Virus record (IMG/VR): IMGVR_UViG_3300033121_001553
Coordinates: 64,001 to 128,000 of that record
Direction: 5' to 3' (one strand)
Length of the DNA: 64,000 nucleotides
From: a virus
Taxonomy: Duplodnaviria > Caudoviricetes
The notes beneath the pieces were generated by a model, which did not search any database, had not been told where the DNA came from, and saw nothing but the letters and a program-made list of their open reading frames with translations. This document shows, piece after piece, positions 31,731 through 41,198 of this stretch; position 1 is the first letter of the stretch; each line of letters starts with the position of its first letter. The position numbers and the translations under genes were made by a program.

Positions 31731-32921
31731 TCATCCTATAAAGATCGGTTTTGCGATCGGCACGTAGGCAAGCTGTTTTGCAATATTCTCAGCTCGTAGC
31801 GCTTCTTTTTCTTGCAGCTTATCGCTCGTAAGCTCCTTCAGCCACTCTACGATTGTGTCTACAAGCTTTGTTTTGTCTTCACGCGCTTGCGCTATCAGCT
31901 CTGCTCCATTCAGCTTCAAGTCTGCGCCCGGTATTGGGATTGTTTCAAGCTTCGTGCGTACAATGCCGAGCAGCTCTTTGCACAATGCTAGACAGTACTC
32001 TCGTATCCAATGTCTACCGTGAGTGTTTATAGACGCGTACGGTATGTTAGTTCTAAATGGAATATCGTGCGGACCAGTGACAGAACCAGAGATGCTCTGA
32101 TCATCGTACGAAGGTTCAAGCGGATGAGACGCGTAAGCAACACGCATGTACAGTCGATCACCGTTTGGCGAGAATGTACTACCCGTTACTGGTATTGGGA
32201 AGATCCTTATCTTTTTACCTATTATCTCATAAGAATATTGTGATCTGCGAACTTTAAACGCTTCTTCAAGCATGCCTCTACGTAGCACGTCTTCAAACAC
32301 GGGCAACACGTAAAAAACTGTTGAATTTACGTACGATTCGTAGTTAAAGTTTGTAGCAAGAAAGTTTGTAACGTTACTTGCGTTGAGCAAGAACTGCTGA
32401 GCTGCTATTGGATTAAAGTGAAATACATCTATGATACGAAGCTTTGTCTGCGAACCGCTTGGCTGAGATCTGAATATATTTGTTCCAGACGTTGCATGCA
32501 CAAGCGTATCGTAGATATCGTAGTCTTGCTGTCCGGACACTAGCGGTATGTAACCGAGTATTGGATCTTGCGAGCCCATAACGTTCGCCATCTCAGCGTA
32601 CGGCTCAGCAAGCCTCATGAGATACTCGAGACTGCTGCGAGGGTATTTGTTCGTCATGTCGCCGATGCTCGCTGTAGACACGCCAAGCATGTTCACAAGT
32701 TGACTTGCAATTTGTGTTTGCTGTACAAGCATGCTGTACTTTAGCGTTGCTTCTTCAAAACACGCCCATATGTCTTTCTTCGACAGTTCAACGCTAAGTG
32801 TGCTATCGCCAAGCTTCAGCTTCACAAAACGTACCATGGCGTCAGCTTCAGTCTGAAATGCTGTTTCTGCGTCGAAGACACCAAACGGCGTTGGATTTAT
32901 TGTTTGAGCGAACGTTGCCAT
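31731..32921 (-). CDS. Neck / head-tail adaptor protein (gp13-like)
   Basis: LKLGDSTLSVEL, WIREYCLALCKELLGIVRTK, IPGADLKLNG. Confidence 0.8.
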   Translation of the reverse strand: MATFAQTINPTPFGVFDAETAFQTEADAMVRFVKLKLGDSTLSVELSKKDIWACFEEATLKYSMLVQQTQIASQLVNMLGVSTASIGDMTNKYPRSSLEYLMRLAEPYAEMANVMGSQDPILGYIPLVSGQQDYDIYDTLVHATSGTNIFRSQPSGSQTKLRIIDVFHFNPIAAQQFLLNASNVTNFLATNFNYESYVNSTVFYVLPVFEDVLRRGMLEEAFKVRRSQYSYEIIGKKIRIFPIPVTGSTFSPNGDRLYMRVAYASHPLEPSYDDQSISGSVTGPHDIPFRTNIPYASINTHGRHWIREYCLALCKELLGIVRTKLETIPIPGADLKLNGAELIAQAREDKTKLVDTIVEWLKELTSDKLQEKEALRAENIAKQLAYVPIAKPIFIG

Positions 32922-32937
32922 GCGATGATAAATAGCG

Positions 32938-34830
32938 TTACTTGGCGTAAACGATTACAGGTTCAGTCCTTACGCTACCGTTTCCCATGTACGAGTTACC
33001 GCAGCTCATCTGCTCAGTGCATACATGCTTGAAGCCAACATCAACTGCAACTGCATTGAATACATCAACGTATTTGTTTGAAACGTTAATAACAAACTTC
33101 GAGTTCTGCTTCAAACAAACGTATGCATGTTTTACTGTTGGTTTTACGTAACTGTCTACCCATTCCTGATATGTTTTGTATTCTTTCCATGCTTGTCCCG
33201 ACTCATCATAATATTTCTCAGTATCATAATATGGCGGCGATGTGAATACAAAGTCAACTGTGCATTCGTCAGGCGCCATCATCTCAGATCCGGCTGAGTT
33301 TACGATGATATCATAACCATACGATACGATATCTGACGCTAGGTTAGACAAGTCAGCTCTGGTACGTGATGATGGCTCGTTGCATATATAAGTTCCGCCG
33401 CTAAAGGACGATACAAAACCGAGCATTCTAGCACCGAACCCAGCAGAAGGATCCCAGACAGTTGGACACTCAGCTGTACAATATTTGCTGTAGATATACT
33501 TTGCGTAAGCGGGTCTAAACCAAGATACAGCTTTCTTTTGAACACGCAAACCGCGTCTAATAGATCTAAATGTTATGTCAATGCCTTGAGCTAGCCTTGT
33601 ACGTAGTACATTCGACAGTACGGCATCATTATAAAATGCGTTGCGTGGCCCATCGTTCGTATCCCAGTACGAACGAAATATCGACTGAAGATATGCTGAA
33701 CCTGCGTGCGAGTATTTTCTTGAGTTAGCAAGCTCAGCGATAGCATCAGCAAAACTTGAAGAACGAACTGGGTATATCCAACCGTAAGTCTCTGCGTATT
33801 GCTTGAGATAATTCAGCAGACATCTTACTGTCTGCTGCTGAACTTCGACAACTCTGCTGGCTCGCGTTATTATCGTTTCATCGTCAATAGACGGCAATCC
33901 ATTCTTGATAATCTTACCATCAATAACGGCTGTATGAGCACATGCTAGAAGTGATTCGTAGTCTCTGCATGAACACCAGTCTGCGTCTTCTGCTATTTTG
34001 ATGTATGAACTACGCGTTAGAACAGCTGAACGTAGTTTACGTAGATCTGAAGTCATTGTAGCGAGTTGTTGATCAGACCAGTCAGATGATCTGTCTAGTC
34101 CGTGCCAGTACGTTCCGTCAAATTCGACGTAGGTTCCACAGCTAAGTTGCATGTCGTAGCATGCCGTCATTCCATCTATTGATTTCCACACTTGCGTTTT
34201 TGCGTCATGATCAAATGTTTTTACGTGTTCAATGAACTTCTGCTCAGCAAAAGATGACTTCGATACTTCTCTCGTCATGTTCGATGACGAAATTTTTGAT
34301 CGCATCTCATCAGTAAATATTTTGCTCATAAGCTCAGAACGTTGCTCAGCCCATACACGTTTTCTAATACTGCTTAGTTTCTCATGCATTCCGTCAGCAT
34401 TCAACGAAGCAGATACTGCTGCTGCATGTCTACGGCTAACATCAGGATTACTAAATGCATCTTTTACGCTCAACGCTATTTTTCGTTTGATTTCATCACC
34501 ATGTTCAGCGTACGCAGCTCTGATCGCTGCATTTCTTTTTTTTACAGCATCTTGTGATGGCGAACATCTTGTTGCTGTTGACTTATTATTATGACCAGTT
34601 ATATATCTGTTGTAGCAGTACTTTGTTTTGTGCCACAATGTTAGCTGACCGCAGCCGCATAGACACTCTGGCTGACGTAGAGAAAAATATTTCTCAACAT
34701 ATCCCTTGATACCCTCAATGTCAGAATGACATTTTGAGATGTGAATACCAAGCTGCTTACGTGTCGCTATAACGGCATCGCATGCTGCACAACGATGCGT
34801 AAAGCTAATGTTACCGTAGCTATCTACCAT
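32938..34830 (-). CDS. Fusion of Zn-finger/Vsr-like (DUF559-type) endonuclease and alpha-class DNA methyltransferase
   Basis: CAAC..HISKCH, CLCGCG and YD..YVEFDGTYWHG, then motif I VWDPSAGFGARMLG and motif IV FTSPPY. Confidence 0.75.
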   Translation of the reverse strand: MVDSYGNISFTHRCAACDAVIATRKQLGIHISKCHSDIEGIKGYVEKYFSLRQPECLCGCGQLTLWHKTKYCYNRYITGHNNKSTATRCSPSQDAVKKRNAAIRAAYAEHGDEIKRKIALSVKDAFSNPDVSRRHAAAVSASLNADGMHEKLSSIRKRVWAEQRSELMSKIFTDEMRSKISSSNMTREVSKSSFAEQKFIEHVKTFDHDAKTQVWKSIDGMTACYDMQLSCGTYVEFDGTYWHGLDRSSDWSDQQLATMTSDLRKLRSAVLTRSSYIKIAEDADWCSCRDYESLLACAHTAVIDGKIIKNGLPSIDDETIITRASRVVEVQQQTVRCLLNYLKQYAETYGWIYPVRSSSFADAIAELANSRKYSHAGSAYLQSIFRSYWDTNDGPRNAFYNDAVLSNVLRTRLAQGIDITFRSIRRGLRVQKKAVSWFRPAYAKYIYSKYCTAECPTVWDPSAGFGARMLGFVSSFSGGTYICNEPSSRTRADLSNLASDIVSYGYDIIVNSAGSEMMAPDECTVDFVFTSPPYYDTEKYYDESGQAWKEYKTYQEWVDSYVKPTVKHAYVCLKQNSKFVINVSNKYVDVFNAVAVDVGFKHVCTEQMSCGNSYMGNGSVRTEPVIVYAK

Positions 34831-34837
34831 TTTGCAT

Positions 34838-34866
34838 ATTTTAACAATTTCTTATGATTAGTTCAA
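34838..34866 (-). promoter_or_regulatory. Sigma70-type promoter TTGAAC-17-TAAAAT with extended -10 TG, 7 nt before ATG
   Basis: Minus strand TTGAAC taatcataagaaatTGt TAAAAT atgcaaa ATG. Confidence 0.7.
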
Positions 34867-34871
34867 ATGCA

Positions 34872-34901
34872 GAAAGGGAGGCGATAATTCGCCTCCCTTT
34901 C
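34872..34901 (-). terminator. Terminator hairpin after the major capsid gene
   Basis: Perfect 13-bp stem gaaagggaggcga/tcgcctccctttc with a 4-nt loop. Confidence 0.8.
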
Positions 34902-34923
34902 AGTCGATTACTTATCTAATCGA

Positions 34924-36813
34924 TAAGATGATGTTCATATTCAGAACCGTTACAGTTCCGAAGTAGTCAGAACGGATCATCTTCTTGCCGTACCGCGTCA
35001 TCACGCCCTTGGTTGGGGTGAAGTCCTGCGGATTGTAGATTGTCTGCGTCATGATGAGTGGCACATATGGCGCGTAGACATATCCCGTCTCAAGATAGTT
35101 ACCGCCCTTGTAGCCAACAAGGATGCGGTTCCTTGGGAAATAAGGATCCTTATAGACGGTAAATCTATTGTTCAGTGTACCGATTGCCTCTGCGCCCATC
35201 TGGAATGGAGAAGCTACCTGACCGTTGCCGTCAATCGACAGCTTGGCCTTGTACGCGATTGCGCTCTCGATAATCGTGCAAACATCTGGCGATGTCACGA
35301 TAAAGTTTGCGCTACCACGCAGGGTCTTACGGTGGATGGTGTTCGCAACGTCGTTGATTGTCTCAACAAGCGTCTGCGCCCACTCCATCGTGTTGCCCGT
35401 GAACTGTGGTCCGATCGACAAGCTCGTTGAGAGATCTCTCTGAGCACCGGTCAGCTTGTTCACGAACACGCCTGGAGCACGGCTCCAGTACAGGTTTGCA
35501 CCATTTGCCTGCGTTAGCAGATCCTGGAGGATCTCGCGGTCAATCTCAAGTGCGATCTGCTCCGACAGTACCTGCGTCAGCTCGACCTCTGCGTCGATGT
35601 TGTGGTACGCGTTCAGATCCTGCGCGAGCTCTGGAGACCAGCGAGCGCGCAGCTTGCGTGATGTTGCAGTGATTGCAATCGACTCAACCTTGATGTTGAC
35701 CTCTGCGATCACTGGGCTTGATGACGAGCCAAAGTCAGACTCGTAGCTTGGCAGCGTCAGAGTCGAACCTGTCGATGAATCGACCTGGAGCTTGTCGCTT
35801 ACGACACCAGACATCTTCATCGAGCCGCCGAGCACAGGTACTGAGCCTGCATTCGAGAGTCTCACGACGAACTGGATGTGGTCACCATTCAGCGCGTCTG
35901 GCGTAAACGTGGTGCCGTTGAAGTTACCACGCTTGTTCAGCTTGCGCAGGTTAAGCACACCAGTACCTGCCTGGAAGCTCTCGCCCCATGCCGTTGCACC
36001 GTTTGCCGTCGAGAACGCTGTGATTGCGAGCTGATCAACCTGGAGCAAGTCGACGTTTGCAATCGCGCTTGTGATCTGCGCAGTTGGAACGTGCACGAAG
36101 CACACGTCAAACGTACCAGCCTCGATACCAGCCTCAACGTCTGGATCGAAGTTGCAGAAGCGAGCGTTCGAGCCAGAGAAGTCAGTCGATGATGCGACTG
36201 TACCAGCTGATGTCCATGCGCCGTTCACTCCCGTGAATGCACCGACCTTCGTCTCAGCCGAAGCCGAAACAGAGTTGCTACCGCTGTGAACCTTCGAGAA
36301 GCCTGAGCCAACGAGGTCGTACATACCACCAGCCGCAAGCGAGCCCGACTGAACTCCCTTACCTGGCGGGTTGTTGTACAGCGACTGTCCAACGGTGTAA
36401 GTCTCATTTGCTGATGATGATGACAAGCTCACGCCTGCATCGCCACCAACGTTTGAGCCGTAGCCATAGTCGATGTAGAACACAAGACCAGATGGCAGCG
36501 ACATTGGCTGAACCGAAACGAGCTCGTTGGCAACGAGGCCACCGAAAACTCTACGTACGATTGGGAACGCAATGTTCGCGAAACCTGCGATCTGACCCGA
36601 CGTTGTAACGTTACCGCCACCTGTCGAGAGCGCGTTTGCCTCCTTTATGAGGCCTACTGCCTGGTTCTCAAGCAGACGGGCCATATGGCTACGGCGCTGT
36701 CCCTCGAGACCCTTGAGCAAGCCCGTCTTCGTCCACTTCTTGACGATGCGTGCTTCCTCTGCACTTCTATTGGGATCCTGGATCCCTTCCATAATATCCT
36801 GATATGTCAACAT
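34924..36813 (-). CDS. Major capsid protein (gp23-like)
   Basis: MARLLENQ, FPIVRRVF, VSVQPMSLPSGLVFY, RKLRARWSPELAQDLNAYH, GYVYAPYVPL, GVMTRYG. Own ATG 36813 with GGAGA SD. Ends TTA 34924-34926 (standard code: TAA 34912). The ORF track fuses it to the scaffold. Confidence 0.95.
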
Positions 36814-36843
36814 TTTTACTTTCCAATCTCCTAAGTTGTGAGC

Positions 36844-38295
36844 TAACTTGATACCAGCCAAAATGCTCCAGCGATCTAGCTCAGCAGACTCTGACAGAGT
36901 CTCCTTCGATGCTGTTGCTGCTCCGCTTTTCACCGTGCGTGATGACGACCCGAGCAGCTGACCGCCGCTCTTGCCTTCTGTCATCGGCTTCTTGTCAGAC
37001 ATTGCCGTTGAAACTGCTGTCTCGTAAACGAGGCGTAGCTCCTTCAACGAGCTTGCTTCATTGACACGCTTGCACGCTGATGCTTTCTGTGCCTTGGTCA
37101 GATTGTCATTCGTGACGATCTTATTCGCGACCTTTGTCTTGGCTAGCATGAGATTCGTCTCACGCAGTTGATTGTAAAGTTGACGTACTTTACGCTCTGC
37201 GACGATAGAGGTATTAAGCTCTCTCATACGGCGTCGCGCCGGTGATGCTGACTCACGCATACGAAGCGCTCTGCGGAAGCGCGACTCGCGTGTTAGCATC
37301 TCGTCATCTTCTTCGGCCTCTTCAGCCATTGGCTCTTCGCCCTCAAGACCCTCAGTCGTAACGTCAGCGTCAAGCCATGGATCACCCATGTCTTCTCCAC
37401 CGCCGAAGTCATCAACTGGCATCTTCTTTGACTCTGCAATTCTTGCACGTACTCTCATAATCTCACGACGAAGCATACGCTCATCAACCTCAACGATTGG
37501 ATCAGCGTCTTTTCTGCCTCTGCTTTCGCCCTGCTGCGTTGGCTTCTTCTCTTCTTCGCCAGCAGCTGCACCGCCAAGAATCGAGTCTAGTTCTGCGTCT
37601 GATGTATCATCACCAGAGCCGTCGGAAGGAGCAGCAGCATCAACATCAGCCTGTTCCTCGTCGCCCTCAGGTGCGCCACCTTCTTCATCTGCAACAATTG
37701 ATACACCGAGCGCTCCAAGATCAAGATCATCTGGCAGCGCCTCGCCGCTAAGCTCGAGTGTAACTTTACCTTCCGACATACGCTTCTTCATTTTTATTTC
37801 CTCTGATGTTTCCTTATTCTTGATCTTTGAGAATGCATCTTCCAGCGCCTCTATTAGAGGCTTTTTCTCCGCTTCACTTGAAGAACTCTCTTTTACGCTT
37901 CTATACATATCGTCGAGACGAGCGACTGCACGCTCACTCATACGAAAAATTGCGCCTACACGCTTTATTTTTGCTGTACGCTTTACGAACTCATCAACAT
38001 TTTCGCAAAGCGACGTAACTTCTGCCTTAAGCTTGTTGAATGATTCATTCTTTGAATCATCATCCGTTAGCACATTTTCTTCGTCTTTATCATCTTCAGT
38101 TGACTCGACGAATTCTTTTTCCATATCATCGCCGCACTCAGTGACGTCAGCTTCATCCGACTCCAACAGAGTCTTTTCAATGAAACTACGTATAGCTGGC
38201 AACGCCGACTCTACGATCTCTTTCTTAGCGCTGTCTTCTGCAAGCTCACGCAATTTTTGCACGTCTGCAAGCGCTTCTTTATAAAGATTCGACAT
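36844..38295 (-). CDS. Prohead scaffold/core protein (gp22-like)
   Basis: Acidic coiled-coil directly upstream of the capsid gene with many L/I-x-E sites. Ends LDRWSILAGIK then TTA 36844-36846, with no standard stop. Confidence 0.8.
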
Positions 38296-38299
38296 TTTT

Positions 38300-38914
38300 T
38301 AAGTCCTGATTTGTAACGTTGAATTTAACGTATTCTGTGCCGTCAGGCGTGCCTGGACGTGAGCCCTTCTTCAACGCGCGTGGAGGAGCGGCAATCGCGT
38401 CTGTGATCTGAGCGCTAGTGCTACTTGGGTTCGCAGTGTTCTCGGAACGTGGCTTTGCGTGCAGCTCATTACGTAGCTCTTCTGGAGTTGCGGGCTGCGA
38501 CAGTGGATCAACACCAACTGTTGGCGAACCAAGATTTGGTGACCACGCTGTTGATGTGCTACCGACGCCACCCGCTGCTTCATCAAGCGCATTAATGTCT
38601 GGAGCTGCGCCATAACCAGGCTTGTACTCAGACTCAAAGTTCCAGTAGGCCTTCGCATCATCAACATCGCCCTCTGTTACAAGTAGCTTGCTGATCATTG
38701 CATCGCCCTGACCGTTAATGTACTTTGGTGGCAGCTGACCTTTGTGAATAGGCGAAGCAGTGTATAGTCCTTTTAGTACATTTTCATTTGATAGTGACTT
38801 TGGTGGACCAGAGAATGACTCTTCGTACGCTTTAGTGTCAGGAGTCGTTACAGTCGAACCGTATCGATTCCCGTCTATCTGCGTTTTTGGATCTGGATCT
38901 ATTGGTTTTGGCAT
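38300..38914 (-). CDS. Hypothetical Pro-rich protein in head module
   Basis: Ends TTA 38300-38302, 4 nt before the scaffold ATG (standard code: TAA 38279, inside the scaffold gene). Confidence 0.65.
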
Positions 38915-38953
38915 CTTGCTTCACCTGCTCACGAATAAATACACAACGAAATG

Positions 38954-39208
38954 TAAAAGCAGATCATTAACTGCTTTTACAGCCGCTTTCTTTGCTTCTC
39001 TAATCTTCTGCAGCGCTTCAATAATCTTTGCTTCCTTGACGCGAAGATCTTTCATATGATTAACCTTCTTCTCAAGCGTATCTGCAAGTTCATCTGCATC
39101 TACTTCTTTTGCTTTGACGCTGCTTGGCTTCTTTGCCTTCTCATTCTTTTTCTCGTTCAGCACTTGCTCAACAAGCTTTTCAAGCATCTCACTCGTAAGT
39201 TTCTTCAT
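38954..39208 (-). CDS. Small hypothetical head protein
   Basis: MKKLTSEMLEKLVEQVLNE with GAGG SD. Ends TTA 38954-38956 (standard code adds LHFVVYLFVSR to 38921). Confidence 0.7.
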
Positions 39209-39236
39209 CTGGATCCTCTCATCTTATATATCACTC

Positions 39237-39659
39237 TTAAACGCCTTTCTTGTCTGAAAATGCGAGTGCAGACCACAAATCTGCTTTTCCAGCGAGCATG
39301 TCTGCGAATGGATCATTTTCTTCAGATGCTTGTTGCTGCATACTTTCTTGGGCCATCGTTCTGTGCTGAACATTTGCCAGCGGTCCCTCAGCGTTTAGTT
39401 GTTCTTGCAACGTTGTTTTTGCAGTATCGGCCAATATGCTGCTAAGCGTCGGATCTTTTGTTAGCAAGCTTATTGCATTTTTTGCTGCGCTGTCTGCCTT
39501 CTGCTTCGCTTGCATTTGCTGCGCAGGTTGAACCTGTCTGTAACCTGTAGAAGGAACAACACGTTTTTTTACTTCTGTAACTGTTGAAACATCAGAACCA
39601 TCTAGCAAAATTTCTACAAGACATTCTTTGATCAGCTTCTTTAGTTCACCACGTGTCAT
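39237..39659 (-). CDS. Hypothetical protein in head module
   Basis: MTRGELKKLIKECLVEIL. ATGA overlap with the protease gene. Confidence 0.7.
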   Translation of the reverse strand: MTRGELKKLIKECLVEILLDGSDVSTVTEVKKRVVPSTGYRQVQPAQQMQAKQKADSAAKNAISLLTKDPTLSSILADTAKTTLQEQLNAEGPLANVQHRTMAQESMQQQASEENDPFADMLAGKADLWSALAFSDKKGV

Positions 39660-40282
39660 GCCGCTACTCCCTTGTGAGCGTTCAACGCATCTATAACAAA
39701 TCCAGCAGTTCGATAAATTCTATCAGACTTTGTAAATGTATTTCTCATCTCAACAAGATCAACGCGTTTACCTTCTTGCAAAAATGCTCCTGGCGTCGAC
39801 GGCTCAGATACGATATCCCAGCAAATGAGCTGGAAGTCATCTTGCACAACTTGCTTATCGCCTTCTTTTTTTGTCGTTCCAACACCACGAGATGATATAC
39901 CAAGTTTTACTCCACCAGCAAGCAGCTCTTGTAGTATTTTTCCGCTTGGTGTATTGAGTATCTCAACAACGCCGTGCACGATTCCGTTGTTAAACGTTGC
40001 TTCTCTGATTATGTGAGAAACGTTCTTTAGATTTACCACGCTCGACTCTGGATGATCGCATTCACCGCATGCTCGATTCTCATTAATAAATTTTTGATAG
40101 TTTCGTACTTCTCTTTCAAGTACAGAGTACGGATACACTCTACCATTTTGATTGAGCGTATCTGCCCGTTGCAGTATGCCACGTAGCAGTATCTTACCAC
40201 CCTTACTAATTGTTTCGTTAATCTCACTCGGAGTTAGCTCCAGAGGCTCCCAGCTTGTGATCAGTTTTTTATATTCGCTCAT
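39656..40282 (-). CDS. Prohead protease (gp21-like)
   Basis: NQNGRVYP, GECDHP, NVSH, GISSRGVG, WDIVSEPSTPGA. Confidence 0.93.
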   Translation of the reverse strand: MSEYKKLITSWEPLELTPSEINETISKGGKILLRGILQRADTLNQNGRVYPYSVLEREVRNYQKFINENRACGECDHPESSVVNLKNVSHIIREATFNNGIVHGVVEILNTPSGKILQELLAGGVKLGISSRGVGTTKKEGDKQVVQDDFQLICWDIVSEPSTPGAFLQEGKRVDLVEMRNTFTKSDRIYRTAGFVIDALNAHKGVAA

Positions 40283-40286
40283 GGTA

Positions 40287-41144
40287 TAACTTGCTCTCTA
40301 TCTCATTTATCAATTTTTCATAAAGCAAATGTTCGATCACCGCTGAGTCTTCTATCTCGTTGATCGTTTTGCCTCTCGCGAATGTTTCATTTTTTACGAT
40401 ATCAAGTCTTTCGTTTGTCATGATATCTCTGGGATTGTGAGATACGTAATTGTCTATCGCGTTGACAAGTCTATCTCGCGTTTCTGCGAAAAGTTTTTTT
40501 ACGTCTTCTTTGTTACCGTTCACGCAGCTCAAAGCATAAGTACGCACCAAACTCCGCTGTGCGTCTGTCAGTTCACCGTCGTATCGCTCGTTGATCTTGT
40601 TTGTCATTACCTTGATCAGCATACGCAGCGTGCCAGGCGACTCTGCTGGAATCGTTACTGTCTTTTCATCATCACTAGATCTCGTAAGGTGCTCACGCAG
40701 CGTATTCTCGTACTGCACAACCCTACCGAAGTCAGCTGCTGCTGGATTTCTCCAGTCATTTATAAGTGACTGTATCGTCGCATAAAGCTTGTAGTTCTCA
40801 AACTGCTGATCCCAGAAATATGGAAAATTTAGATGAGATATCGACTTAATAAGTGCTGTCTTCTCTTGCTCAAGCAGCGTAATATCATAGTTTGCAGATG
40901 CTTTTCGAGCTTCTGTTAGAACGGCTGCTGCAGCAACTTCTGACATTTTTTCATTCACGAGTGCCTTGAAGAGCCGAAATTCTCTGTAGATTTCAGTTCC
41001 TGGCTTGTAATGACGCTTCAAAATTTTAAGAGCACGACGTGCAACATCGTTGTTATTCTCAACGACAGACTTTGATATAACTCTTACCAGCAGCTCATAC
41101 GTTAGTCCAACGTTTCGCTTTTTATTGTGCTTTGCCATTCTCAT
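40287..41144 (-). CDS. Hypothetical protein between portal and protease
   Basis: Helical ORF starting (MR)MAKHNKKRNVGLTYELL. Ends TTA 40287-40289, 4 nt before the protease ATG (standard code: TAA 40269). Confidence 0.75.
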
Positions 41145-41198
41145 TCCTTACCGCAAAAAATTCATTTTTGCCGTCGCTTATAACTATCAACATTAAAA

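Noticed and set aside
34912-38295. 1127-aa scaffold-capsid fusion protein from the ORF track
   Set aside because: The junction has two in-frame TTAs, an SD and an ATG. It is better explained as two genes with TTA as stop.
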